DNA from: Octopus sinensis
Taxonomy: Eukaryota
Length of the DNA stretch: 64,000 nt
Direction of reading: 5' to 3'
Assembly: GCF_006345805.1 (NCBI RefSeq)
Contig: NC_042998.1
Location: forward strand, 96,534,001 to 96,598,000
This document shows, piece by piece, positions 1-12,832 of the stretch (position 1 is its first letter; each line of letters opens with the position of its first letter). A model generated the notes under the pieces. That model was not told the origin of the DNA. It did no database searches and worked only from the letters and a program-made list of their open reading frames with translations. Both the position numbers and the translations under genes were made by a program.

Positions 1-44
1 GTGATGTAATAGTTAATTGAAATATGTAAAAATATGAAAGTTAG

Positions 45-870
45 TTATGCGTGCATATTAAGACATGTTCTGTATTTTTCAATGAAAAAAGTTTCTTTAT
101 TTAAACGTTCTTGTGGAGAGATTATGTCTTTGCACTGGTAGAAGAGGAAGACTGAATTTTGGTTTGATGTTATCTGCACATTTTTCTATATGTTCACTGA
201 GAGGAATTTGCCTGTATTGCGGGAAACGGATTTGCTCTTTATGTAGAGTGGTTCTCCTTCTCAAGGTCATACTCGTCTGTCAAATATAGTTGTGTCCGCA
301 ACCCGAGCAGGTTATTACATAAATTAGATTCTCAGAGACACAAGTGAAACTAGTTTTAATTGTGAACCTCTGTCCTTGTTTGAAAATGAAATCCGAGCTT
401 TCAAGTAAGTTGGGGCAGGTTTCACAGTTTGGGCGTCCACATTTTTTAACCGTTGGTATCGTGGTTGTTTTGTAAAGCTTCGCATTTGTTAGTAGTCTCT
501 TTAGCGATTTGTGTTGCTTTTTGCATTTGAGGAGTTTGTGTGTTTTCAGGATGTCGTTCATTTTTGGATCTCTAGTTAGTAAAGGAAGATTTTGCACAAA
601 AGTGTTGAATGCCTCACTATTTCTGGAGTTGTATGCTGATATAAATAGTAGTGTTTTGAGATGAGGTGTGCTGTTAAGATTTGTTGTTCTTGTGTCTATT
701 TGTGTTTTTATGTCTATTTTTTGGCACGTTTAATTCCCTCGTCTATAAACGAGAGTAGGTAATGTCTTTCAGTAAGCGTCGTTTTGAGGTCTAGAAGACG
801 AAGGTCCCGAGTTGTTCTATCAGACGCTATTGTGCAAATTCTTTTTTGTCAAATTGAAAGGGATATTTAT
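45..870 (-). mobile_element. Penelope-like retroelement 3' fragment (RT thumb/linker plus GIY-YIG endonuclease), pseudogenised
   Basis: Minus-strand translation NIPFNLTKRICTIASD...CGRPNCETC...FTCVSENLIYVITCSGCGHNYI*QTSMTLRRRTTLH...EKYRTCLNMHA*. The Cys-rich linker and LIY-YIG motif are typical of PLEs. The YIG Gly codon is TGA (280-282), and there is a later frameshift. Confidence 0.85.
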
Positions 871-877
871 TTTGAAA

Positions 878-923
878 GTGTCGCTGAAGAGGTCATAGAT
901 GCGTGACGAAAGATTTCCGGACA
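878..923 (+). ncRNA. Degenerate minimal hammerhead-ribozyme-like motif at a PLE terminus
   Basis: TGTCG-CTGAAGA-G-GTCA[TAGATGCG]TGAC-GAAA-GAT-TTC-CGGACA: core CUGANGA/GAAA, 4-bp stem II, bulged stem I. Lies opposite in orientation to the adjacent PLE ORF. Confidence 0.4.
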
Positions 924-1254
924 ATCGACATGAGTTAAAATAAGAACAGTAATAAGCGAGTGAAAACTGAATATATAGTGTGTGCGTTTATTTGGGGAAA
1001 AAATGACCATCTCGAAATACATTATCTGTTTCAACACACGGCTTCACTACAGAAATTTTGCCACACTAATTCATAAACGGATATTGGAGAGCTATGCATC
1101 TGAACCACTTGGAGACTTCATCTAGTTGTAACTCTTTTACATTGATTCATCTTTCAGACTTATACTCAATAAAGATATACAGAAATACATCAAATTTTGG
1201 TAATCTTGGTTTCATTGATTAATTGGGGGAATAAGGAAAGTGGTCTTAGACTTT

Positions 1255-1430
1255 GTAAAGCCGACTCACAAGCATCTTATATTTTAAGTTCAAATCCAGC
1301 CGAAGTCATTTTGCCTTTCATCCCTCCATGGCAATAAGATAATTACCAGTCAAGTACTAAAGTCGATGGTATTGACTAACACCCTTTCCTCAAAATTTCC
1401 GGCATGTGTGTCTAAATCAGAAATCATTTT
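1255..1430 (+). mobile_element. tRNA-derived SINE family 1, degenerate copy
   Basis: B-box-like AGTTCAAATCC followed by the family body (TTTGCCTTTCATCC...TACCAGT...GTCGAT) seen in about 30 copies in this window. Confidence 0.7.
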
Positions 1431-1445
1431 TATAGCTCTTTAAGT

Positions 1446-2620
1446 CAGTGTTACCCAACCTATTTTCCTCAACCGCACTATAATTTTCCGGAAAAATGTA
1501 TGCACCACCGGTGGTTGAAAGAAACAACTTTATTTTTTATATTTTATCACAATTATTTAATACAAAAAATCTACCGTAACTCTGTTATTAAGCACTGAAT
1601 ACAAAGGTAAAGTACATTATTGACTAAGATTCGAAGATATAATTTTGTTAGCTTCAGCCATAGATCACCACATTTTATAATTACAAGTCTGCTTCCCTTG
1701 GCTAGAAGCAAATCGTCAAAAGTACTAAATCCACACTCAACAAAATAAGACGTGGGGAAATGAATCAAAAGTTACTTTACTGCACTAGCATAGGAAGGGT
1801 GTGTGCCGCTTGGAGCGGCCTTTCTGTTTGCTGCCCCCGGATCCCACAAAAAACACACTGCCTACAGCAGACTCAAAAGTGCCGCCCGGAGCGGACTGCC
1901 TCTACCGCCCCGCCCTAGCTACTTCATCACACAGCCACATCTTGGTTCTTTCATTTTGAATGTAGTATTCACTGATTCATCGTGTTACAATTCTAATAAC
2001 TCTTCTTGGAACAGCATTGGAACTTCAGAGATATCAACTAGCAATGGTTGAGTTAACCAAGAAGGAAAAGTTATTTTCTCTAAATCACCAAATCTGTCAT
2101 TGAAGTCTTTTATTAGCATTTTAAAATGTAATATTAGTTATCTCATTGTTTCAGCTTGTAAAATCGACTGAATTTTTTTGTAGAAATATTCCTTAGGCAT
2201 ACTTCTAAGGCTGTAGTGAATCCGAAAATCTTTGTTTTTGCATGAACAAGAGTTATCTTTACTCCTTGGAGTTGTTTGTTCAAGTTGCTTAATTTCTCGA
2301 GGATACTGTCAAATAACTGTAGATGACAGTAACTTCGTTTCATCAAATAACTCCATGAACCACTTCAAGCAATTTCCTTTTGACAACCATTTCTGTATAA
2401 AGCAGTACTCGAACATGCTCTGCACTTTGATTTACACAGAACTTGCTTCAAAACGCGTTCAGATTTGGCGTTTGATTTATGTAAGTAAAGAATGTAAAAG
2501 ACCCTGGAGTGACCAAAGTGAATGTTTCTATGCCGATATGGCCTGTAATTTAGACTACAGCAGCATGGTTTTTTACAAATGTTTATTATAAGAAAATCAT
2601 AACAAAGCAAGGACTGGGCC
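1446..2620 (-). mobile_element. hAT (Buster/Charlie-like) DNA transposon remnant
   Basis: TIR-like CAGTGTTACCCAACCT at 1446. Fragments WLSKGNCLKWFMELFD, LEKLSNLNKQLQG, FQEELLEL and IHFPTSYFVECGFS...GDLWLKLTK (hAT dimerisation region), with stops and frameshifts. Confidence 0.85.
1783..1922. mobile_element. Short GC-rich MITE-like insertion nested in the hAT transposase
   Basis: Abrupt GC-rich block between codons MWLCDEV and LLIHFP. Ends CACTAGCATAGG and CCCTAGCTAC are partially inverted. Confidence 0.5.
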
Positions 2621-3253
2621 TAGAATAGGTACTAGGTCTCGGTTACGACCACTCTGTGGTCAGGTTTCTTAAGATTATTACGAAAATCCAAATTCTACGT
2701 TTTTTAAAGTTCATTTCAAAGTCAACCTACGCTTTATAAATTTTCTTTTTTCGTTAAATTTCATACTTTTAAACGAAAAGTATCCAGTATATGAAAACTT
2801 ATCAATGCTAAATAGACGCTACCGTGACTTAGTAAAACAATGTCAAATGTGTTGGCCAAAATGAAGCGTGAAAAAACGTTTTTCCTATAGAAAATGAAAG
2901 ATTTGAATTCTTTGTTTTTTCTTCTTCTTTTTAAAAATACGGAACAGAACATTTTTTTTAATATCTCTTTAGTGTTTTACCCTCACATATGAAACCGTGA
3001 ATTAATTATCTCGACATGTTTTATCATTTCAGCATCAAAAGTCACGATGAGTTCAGAATAAACACATTTTTCCAACAACAGACATTTTTTTTACAGCAAA
3101 TCGTCATGGCGTTTGTATAAAATACGTGAAGTGTTAATAATTTATCAGATTCTCATAGTTATATATTTTTCTTAAAGAAATATCCACACCCGGGCATTAG
3201 AATAGCGTTATACTGTAGCAAACAGTCTTCAAACAGTGTGCTTGGCTGTGTTT

Positions 3254-3336
3254 AAAGCTCCGATGAAGCTACAGGATGATACTCAAGCATTGAACTCTGA
3301 ATGTATTGCATCTTATAGCAGAAACAGCTGTAAGCT
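3254..3336 (+). ncRNA. Hammerhead-ribozyme-like motif (U4->C), PLE-type terminus
   Basis: AGCT-CCGATGA-A-GCTA[long loop]TAGC-A-GAAAC-AGCT-GTA-AGCT. Stem I AGCT/AGCT, palindromic stem III ACAGCTGT, GUA site. Confidence 0.5.
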
Positions 3337-4019
3337 AATGGAGTTTGAAACATAATTGTTTAATCGTCATTCTAATTTCTTATGCATATATATATATATT
3401 GTGTGTATGTGTGTGTGTGTGTGCGTTCGTGTGTGATGTCGTATCATGTCATATAGTCAAGTGCAGGCTAACATACATAACGTGACAAGCTGTAAGTGTT
3501 AACCAATTTGAATTATGGACACAATGTGGGATTTTGTTTAAGCAACTGTTCAGACCTAGAGTATTTACAGCTCTAAAGAAGAAACTTGGTCTTCTGTGAT
3601 GCAGTTTTGAAATGTTATACACGAATGATCATAACAAGCTATGAACACAGGAGACATAGCTGAACCTTGACGTACGACATAGTTCATAGTTTGAATCGTA
3701 AAGAGCCTTGTCAGTATACAACTTTATTGGGACATATTAACAGCGGGAAAAAAAAGCGTTCATCTATTATTATTAGAACGAGAAAGCACATTGATTCTAA
3801 ATAATTAGCTTCTGCTGTAGACTTCGTAGGTTCTTCGTTATATAATAGCCATTGTTAAAGAATAGATGGTGGTCAACAAGGTTGCAATAGTAAACTCAAT
3901 TATCCAGAAAGACGAGTAGTAAATCATTCTAGAATTATCCCAGAAGGACGATAAATTAGCAGTAAAGATATCGTGTGTTAATTCATCACCGTTTTAAATT
4001 ATAGCAAGTGGAATGTCCT

Positions 4020-4339
4020 CATGTTTCTCTTTCTCTTTCACTCTCTCTCTCTCTCTTTCTCTCTCTCTCTTTCTCTCTCTCTCTTTCTCTCTCTCTCTTT
4101 CTCTTTCTCTTTCTCTTACACACTCTCTCTCTCCATCTCTCTTTTTTCTGTTTCTGTTTATCTCTTTTCCTCTCTCTCTTTCACCATATCTCTGCTTATG
4201 TTCTTTTCCGTCTTCCTCTTCTTTTTCTACTTCTTTTCCTTCTTTTCCTTCTTCTTCTTCTTCCTCTCTCTCTCTGTTTATCTTTCTTCCTCTCTTCCTC
4301 TGCCTATCCCTATCTTTTCTCTAAGTCTCTGTTTAGCTT

Positions 4340-4376
<37 letters not shown>

Positions 4377-4410
4377 CACTCTCCCTTTCTCTTACTCTTT
4401 CTTTATTCCT
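4020..4410 (+). repeat. Long (CT)n/(CTT)n polypyrimidine tract
   Basis: About 390 bp that is almost entirely pyrimidine on the + strand. Confidence 0.95.
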
Positions 4411-4537
4411 CTCTACAAGCACAATTATATTGTCATCATGATCATTTCTTCTTCGCTGTACAATTTACCATCAGACGTTTGCGTTCTTTTGTTGTTGTTT
4501 TTTTGTGCTAACAACATTTAATCGTATTAACAAAAAT

Positions 4538-4700
4538 CAATGCTTAGCGGCATTTCATCCGTTTTTACATCCTGAGCTCAAATTCCGCCAATGTCGAGTT
4601 TTCCTTTCATCTTTTCAGGGTCTATAAAATAAGTACCAGTTGCGTACTGAGTCTGATGTGGTCGACAAACCCAGTCCCTGCAAAATTTCAAGGGTTATTA
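4538..4700 (+). mobile_element. tRNA-derived SINE family 1, 5'-truncated
   Basis: AATGCTTAGCGGCATTTC...GAGCTCAAATTCCGCC...AAGTACCAGTTG family sequence. Confidence 0.8.
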
Positions 4701-4799
4701 TTGTTTTATATATATATATATAATGCCGGACATTTTAAACTTTAAATAGAAAATTCCGTTAATTAGTCAGAAAAAGAAGAAAATGCTTTCACAAACTCT

Positions 4800-5680
<881 letters not shown>

Positions 5681-5819
5681 GTTGATCAAGCAGGCGTTTT
5701 CTCCAAGGCTTTCCAACCCTGCCCATCTCTTGTTCATTATATAACTGGAACTACATTAACTGATGAGTCGTTCTGTCGTTTATTTGTTTCGTTTTTTTTT
5801 CTTTTAGTATTGTTTAAAA

Positions 5820-6270
5820 GATGGATTTAATTTGAAGGAGGTTCATATGGCTGTTATTTCTAGCAGATCGTATTGCTACATAGAGTTTACCTCATTGGCA
5901 CGTTTCTTACTGATGTTCACAATGCTGCTGTCGTCGTTGTTGTTTAAATGGTGATAAAATAGGTCTATGATTAAAAGCAACCATTCCTTGACCATCGTGT
6001 CTTTATAGTTGTATTACTAATGATTCCTATTAAAAAAAAACACCTGGATAGGTTTTACGAAACAGCTGGCTGTTATTTCTAGCAAGCAGGTTTACCTTAT
6101 AGAGGTATCCATATTGGCTTGTGCGGTGTGACTCTCCACTAGGTGGAGATATAGCATATCAGTATGTCAGGATATAGACATTCGCAATAGAGGTCTGTTG
6201 AATAAAGGATATCTGTAGAAAATAGCAGTCAAATATCCCTCAAATCACATCTCCCCGTCATATATAATGT
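5820..6270. repeat. Three copies of a short dispersed repeat (core GCTAGAAATA(G/A)CAGCCAAATCTCCCTCAAATCAC)
   Basis: Minus copies near 5850 and 6070, plus copy near 6215. Related copies near 9380, 29650, 32280, 43445, 55060 and 61845. Confidence 0.6.
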
Positions 6271-6519
6271 AGTTCTATATACTTCTAAATATATGAGATG
6301 GTCAGGACTAAGCTGTTTTAGAGCTCTGGTCTTTTCCATCAAGTTTGACATCGGCTTAAACAAAAGCACAGCAACAACAACAATAATAATAAAAAAGATT
6401 AACAATTTTTAGTGATTTTTCTCTCTCCCTTCTTCCTTCCTTTCTCTCTCTCTCTCTCCCTCTCGCTCGCTCTCTTTCTGGTACAGCAGTTAATATTGTT
6501 GCCATAAAAGCTATTAACT

Positions 6520-7015
6520 TTGACAGAATCATTTGCACGCCGAACAAAATGCTAAATGGCATTTCGTCCGTCTTCTGAATCCAAATGCCGTTGAGGTAAT
6601 CTTTTCGGGGGCTGATGAAATAAGTACCACTTGCACACTGGGGTCGATATAATCAACTAAGCCTCTTTCCACAAAATTTCAGGTCTTATGGCTATAACAG
6701 TAACGATTATTAACGCAGCTGGCTATTGGCACAATCGTTAGAGTATCGGAAAAAATGGTATTTGTTCTGATTTTCAGTTCAAGTGCAGCGAAAGTCAAAT
6801 TCGCATTTTATCCCTCCGGGTCGATTAAGTAAAGTACCAGTCAAGTATGATTGTAACGATTAATTCCCTCCCCTGGAAACTGCTGACATTGTGCTTAGAT
6901 TGGTAACCATTATTAGTGTTATTTTGTAGTGTAGTGGATTGGTAGATTAGTATTGGACAAAATACCTTCTGGTATTTCTTCCATTTCTTAACGTCCCGAG
7001 TTCAAATCTTACCAA
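6520..7015 (+). mobile_element. Three tandem SINE family 1 copies
   Basis: Repeated A-box/B-box heads and family bodies at about 6520, 6725 and 6940. Confidence 0.75.
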
Positions 7016-7036
7016 AGGATATGTGTGTATAGTTGA

Positions 7037-7227
7037 AATTTGCAGAAAAATAAAAGACGGAGACAGGTGTATAAACAACAAACAGGTGTATTAGTTTAAC
7101 GCTCGGGAAGGTGAGAAAGCCTTTTACGTTTTGAGCTTACGCTCTTCAACAGAAAGGAACACGAGGAAATAAACAGTGATTAAAAAAAAAATTTTAGAGC
7201 TAGCGGTCAATCATGGTGGCTGATGTA
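7037..7227 (-). mobile_element. PLE-type terminal repeat with hammerhead-like motif, copy 1
   Basis: Near-identical to 8153-8344 and related to 31625-31790. The minus strand carries CTTT-CTGTTGA-A-GAGC-GTAA-GCTC-AAAAC-GTA-AAAG. Abuts (TA)n. Confidence 0.6.
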
Positions 7228-7231
7228 CGTA

Positions 7232-7299
<68 letters not shown>

Positions 7300-7331
7300 G
7301 TGTATATATATATATACACATATATATGTAT

Positions 7332-7418
<87 letters not shown>

Positions 7419-7522
7419 TATATATATATACATTACACATATATATAAGGAAAATAAATCAAGGTAGAAAATGCTAAAATAATTTTATCATAATAAACAT
7501 TTTAGTACCGGTTTCAGTCATA

Positions 7523-7743
7523 TTTCTTTTACTTGTTTCAGTCATTTGACTGCGGCCATGCTGAGGCACCGCCTTCAGTCGAACAAATCAACCCCAGGAC
7601 TTATTTTTTGTAAGCCTAGTACTTCTTCGTCTTTCTTTTTATGTAAATTTTAGCTAAGTTACGGGGACGCAAACACACCAACATCGGTTGTCAAGCGATG
7701 GTGGGGGGACAAACACAGACACACAAACGCGCAGAAACGCACG

Positions 7744-7745
<2 letters not shown>
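7523..7745 (-). mobile_element. tRNA-derived SINE family 2, 3' half
   Basis: Reverse complement of the tail seen in full copies at 33837 and 58186 (...CAGCATGGCCGCAGTCAAATGACTGAAACAAGTAAAAG). Confidence 0.85.
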
Positions 7746-7786
<41 letters not shown>

Positions 7787-7897
7787 TGCCTTTCATCCTT
7801 TTGGGGTTGATGGAATAAGTACCAGTTACACACTGGGGTCGATATAATCGACTAACTTCTTCCCCAAAAATTTTCAAGGCCTTGTACCTAGAGTAGA

Positions 7898-7899
<2 letters not shown>

Positions 7900-7938
<39 letters not shown>

Positions 7939-8038
7939 TGATGATGATGATGATGATAATGATAATAATAATAATAACAACAACAACAATAACAACAACA
8001 ACAATAACAACAACAATAATAACGATAATAATAACAAC

Positions 8039-8073
<35 letters not shown>

Positions 8074-8117
8074 TGATAATGATAATAATAATAATAATTA
8101 TAATAATAATAATAGCC

Positions 8118-8155
<38 letters not shown>
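7900..8155 (+). repeat. (AAT/GAT/AAC)n microsatellite
   Basis: Directly visible. Confidence 0.95.
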
Positions 8156-8344
8156 TTGCAGAAAAATAAAAAACGGAGACAGGTGTATAAACAACAAACA
8201 GGTGTATTAGTTTAACGCTCGGGAAGGTGAGAAAGTCTTTTACGTTTTGAGCTTACGTTCTTCAATAGAAAGGAACACGAGGAATAAACGGAGATTAAGA
8301 AAAAGAACTTTTAGAGCTAGCGGTCAATCATGGTGGCTGATGTA
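8153..8344 (-). mobile_element. PLE-type terminal repeat with hammerhead-like motif, copy 2
   Basis: About 190-bp direct duplicate of 7037-7227 at an offset of 1116 bp, followed by (TA)n. Confidence 0.6.
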
Positions 8345-8477
<133 letters not shown>

Positions 8478-8563
8478 ATATTTATTATATAGAAGGAGCT
8501 TCTACAGGACTAGAACTGTTTCATTCAAGAGAAATCTTATATATATACACAATAATAATAATA

Positions 8564-8599
<36 letters not shown>

Positions 8600-9572
8600 G
8601 TGTGTGTGTGCTAATATGTGTGCGCGAATGTGTGTGTGTGTGTGTGTGTGTTTAAGTATACGTTTGTGTGTATGTGCAGTTATGCATGAAACAATACCAC
8701 AGATCAAATCAAAACTCGTATTGAGCCTAAATGGCAATTTGTAGCCCACCGAATAACGAAATAAGTGCTGAACTGAATCGCTGTGATCAGTCAAATAGTA
8801 GATGGAAAGCTCTGCCTTGGCAGATTTGAGTCCTATGAGTAAAATGAGCAAAAGAATTTAAACCATACTTTTTTCTTATGTTTTTTATTTTGGTAAGATA
8901 TGATTTGAGGAATCTGAAATCGAATCACAAAAAAAAAATGGAAAGAAATCATTTGATTGAAGCAGCAATCTATCCAATAAACAAATATTCGAAATAATAC
9001 AAATGACATTTCGTTTCCCTCGTAACATAAGTGCTCTGTAGATAAGGTCTTTGTAAAGCACCCACCACGTCTTGCACAGTATAATGTTTGTTGGGGTATT
9101 TCATACGAAATAATGTGCGATCCACTGCTTCTGTAAGAAGGTGAGTTCACTATATGACTTCAGTCCCATGCTCGAAGTTATTTCGCTTTACTTGTACCGC
9201 TTTCTTAATTTTACAGGTAATATAAAATCGAATATCCCGTAAAACGAATCCATTTTCATGTAGATTATAGCTGTACTCACAAACTCATTTAATACTTATT
9301 ACAGGCGTTTTAACAGCGTCCATCCTATTTTCTTATTCAGGCATACTATATTTTATGTAACAGTTGGTTTTGTGATTTGAGGGAGATTTATCCACTATTT
9401 CTTATGGGTCGAGCGATCGTGTGCAGGCTCCTTTGAGCCTTGATGCCCAGATTCATCAAGTAATCCAGCAAGGTGAAGCGTATATGTTTGTGTTCCACAG
9501 GAGGGGACGTCTTGAGATCCCAATTCTCGTATTTACTTAATAGCACCACCTGGTGAAGTCGTAGACTGTGAT

Positions 9573-10490
9573 TCACACCTCACTCATATATGGGACCATG
9601 GCCCACTCTAGCAGAGAGTTATTATTGTTGGAGACATATCCGGGTGTAGAAGGTTGGTCCAGGATGTTGGGGAGAAATTTGTCGAGAGAACTTTTGAATT
9701 TTATGGGATCTGTTTCCGTTTTGATGTACTTTGGTATGGTATTAATGAAAGCTGGACCGGTTGAGGTAAAGTAGTTGTGACGTAATGCTATGTGTCCCGA
9801 GTTCAACTTTTGTCGTAAGCGGATAGCATGTGAGCCAAGTCTTGGATAGATTTTAAAAACTGATGCCAACATCATCTGTGTAATATTGATGGAATATTTT
9901 CCACATCACACAAATGATGTAGCGTTCCCGGTGGCGTTGGAGAGAGTAAAGATTGAGTTTTTTTAGTCGACCCCAATAGTCAATGCCTCTCATGCCATCT
10001 ATCTTTCTTGTTATTGACCGCTGGAGTGCTTCCACTTTCATTATGAGTTGCTTCATATGGGAAGACCACAATGAGCAACAGTATTCAATGTGGGGTCGGA
10101 CAAAAGTAGAGTAATGAAAGATGATGGTGTGGGCATCTCTAGACCTGAAAGTTCTCAGAATTCAGAAGCACATCTTGCGGGCCAAGTCAACATTGCTGTT
10201 TACGTGGGATCATCAGCTTAGATTGTTATCAACAATTATTCAAAGGTCCCTGGGGTTATTTGATGACATTAGGGAATCGCCCGAGGGAAGGGCATACGGT
10301 AGTTTCAGAGTATCCTCTTTTCCAAATCGGATCAAATTAAACTTATCTTCATTTAGAAGCATACTGTTCTTTTCCGCCCATTGAACAACAACAAACGGGT
10401 CCGACTGAACGTATGTCCGGTCTCCCATACCGTTTATGGCCTTCTGGAGCTTGGAATCATTTCGAAATCGTGTATAAGTTGCACCCATGT
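9573..10490 (-). mobile_element. CR1-clade LINE ORF2 3' fragment
   Basis: Fragments NDSKLQKAI...QSDPFVVVQWAEKNSMLLNEDKF, WSSHMKQLIMKVEALQRSITRKI..DYWGRLKKLNLYSLQRHRERY and FKSSLDKFL match the CR1 RT C-terminus. Frameshifted. Confidence 0.85.
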
Positions 10491-10925
10491 ATAGATCGCT
10501 CCCTTAATTTAGTGTTAAATCTTGGTACAAAATACTTCCCGGCATAGGTTTAGTTAGCTTTTCCCCGAGTATAAGTCGTATAACATTTTTTTTCAATTAA
10601 AATTATGGAGTACAAAATAGTATGACTTATACACGAGTAAATCCGTACGTCAACGGCCATTTCTGTAAATCTTATATCTCAGAGTTTTATTATATCATTA
10701 TTGATTTGTTGAATATCCTCGTTTGCTTAAACCTTTAAATATTTAGTTCTGGAAGCCTCTACCATGTCAGTCATCTGAAATATCCATTACAGAGCCATAC
10801 GAATTGTTTGCAGGCAATTGGCTACACCTGTATAAGGAACTAGCTAATGCTTTTATAATAAAGATTTAACGGGCTATTTTTATGCTTCCAAACACAAGGT
10901 ATTATATTTCTGTGTAGTATTTATG

Positions 10926-10964
<39 letters not shown>

Positions 10965-11903
10965 TCATGCTTGCAAATATATATATAGAGAGAGAATGAG
11001 AAGTAGATAAATAGAAAACGAGGTTGTGTATGTAGAGTTTATGTATGCGTGCATGTGAGCAGAAAAGTGTGTGCATACGTATGCATTTCTGCTCTACTGT
11101 ACCTGAATGTGTATATGAATGAAGCAATAGTTAGAAACATTATCATAAGATAAAAGTTTCATAATATTTGGACTTAAAAGATTGCAGTGAGCCAGCAACA
11201 AATTCTATAAAATACAACTTACAACTTAGAATGCAACAGCACTGTACAATATAGTATATTTACGAAGTTTTACAGTTTACAAAAGCAAATACTCTACTAG
11301 GTAATAATTGGCGTCCGTCTTCGCCCAGCTGTGTTGGATTTCTGATGAATGTTGACTTTAGAAGATGAAAATTTAGCTGTATTTAGCTACTTAAATAAAT
11401 ACTGATTTGGTTGGCACCTCTGAGTTGCTGTTGTGTACAAAAACTTGATGAAAATAAGTTGAAATTATACATGCACCTTGACAGCTTGCAGTTGTTCCTA
11501 TCTATTTTAGAAATCAACGACGAAACTTCGTTATGATGATGGAGAAGCAAAGAGATAAACAACAACTGAAAAGAAATCCTGTGCTGCAGTAGGAAATTCT
11601 GAAATTTAGCTGGTTGATTAGCATTTAGTAAGTATTTCAATAAAATATCGAATTTATAAAAAAAACATTCGTCTTCTCTCCATTTTGAAATCTGTAAACT
11701 GAAGTCATTTTTACTTAGTCTATGTCGTATATATGTTGTCCTTCAGTATTTACAATGATATACTGTACATCAGTGCACGACTACACACACACACACACGC
11801 ACACACATACACACATACACAACACACATACATATATACATTCATACATACATACATACATACATACATGCGTGCATGCATACATACACACACACACACA
11901 CAT

Positions 11904-11955
<52 letters not shown>

Positions 11956-12237
11956 CTCGAAATGAGAAGATGAAAGGTCGTTCTTTATGTTACTTGTCTT
12001 CGTATTTCATGTTGATTTTGTATTTCATGTTGTTTACGTTTTGTGGCGTCCTGTACTCATATATGCATTTATATATATACACATGTATGTAAGTATGTAC
12101 ATAAATCTAACCGGTTATATCTTCAAATGTAATAAAAAAATTCACAGTATCCACAGTGCATTTTCAACTTCTATTTTTCCTATATTTCTACACGTGTGGA
12201 ATAAAATAGCCTTGTTTTCTACATATATATATATATA

Positions 12238-12832
12238 CAGGGGTTGAACAAAATAATGGAAACACCTTAAAATTTCAAACAGATTTATTTTAATATCTGG
12301 TAGGACTGCCTTTGGCAGTGATTACAGCTTGAATTCTACGAGATATGGACTCGTACAATGATTGAATTGTTTCCAAAGGAATTTTTGTCCATTCTTCAGC
12401 TAAAACAGTCTCCAGTTCTTGTAGTGATGATGGTGGAGGATATCGATTCTTTACCTGTTTTTCTAAAATGCACCATAAACGTCCAATAATATTGAGATCT
12501 GGGGACTGTGGTGGCCAGATAAGATGTTCAACTTCACTAGAATATTCCTCGTGTCATTCAGTAACAACTTTAGCTGTGTGAATTGGTGCATTATCATCCT
12601 GAAAGATTGCATTTCCCTCCAGAAACAGTTCCGCAACCAAAGGATGAATTTGATCAGTTAAAATGTTTAAATAGTCTTGACTATTAATTCTGCCATGAAG
12701 AGAAACCATTGGGCCGGCGGATTTCCAAGATAACCCCCCCCCTCCGATCATCACAGATCCTCCTCCACGTTTAACAGTTGGAAGAAGGCAGACTGAGTCA
12801 AATGCTTCTTTTGGCTGTCTCCACACGTATAC
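12238..12832 (-). mobile_element. Tc1-like transposon 3' part with one TIR (DD36E-type spacing)
   Basis: TA|CAGGGGTTGAACAAAATAATGGAAACACC terminus. Translation TVKRGGGSVMI...FQDDNAPIHTAKVVTE*HEEYSSEVEHLIWPPQSPDLNIIGRLW. Confidence 0.9.

Noticed and set aside
10567-10650. Possible pogo-type end (GAGTATAAGTCGTA / TATGACTTATACACG)
   Set aside because: Short imperfect inverted match with no second terminus; insufficient to annotate.
11511-11627. Plus-strand AG...GTAAGT-bounded segment
   Set aside because: All three frames contain stops, and such site pairs are expected by chance in AT-rich DNA.
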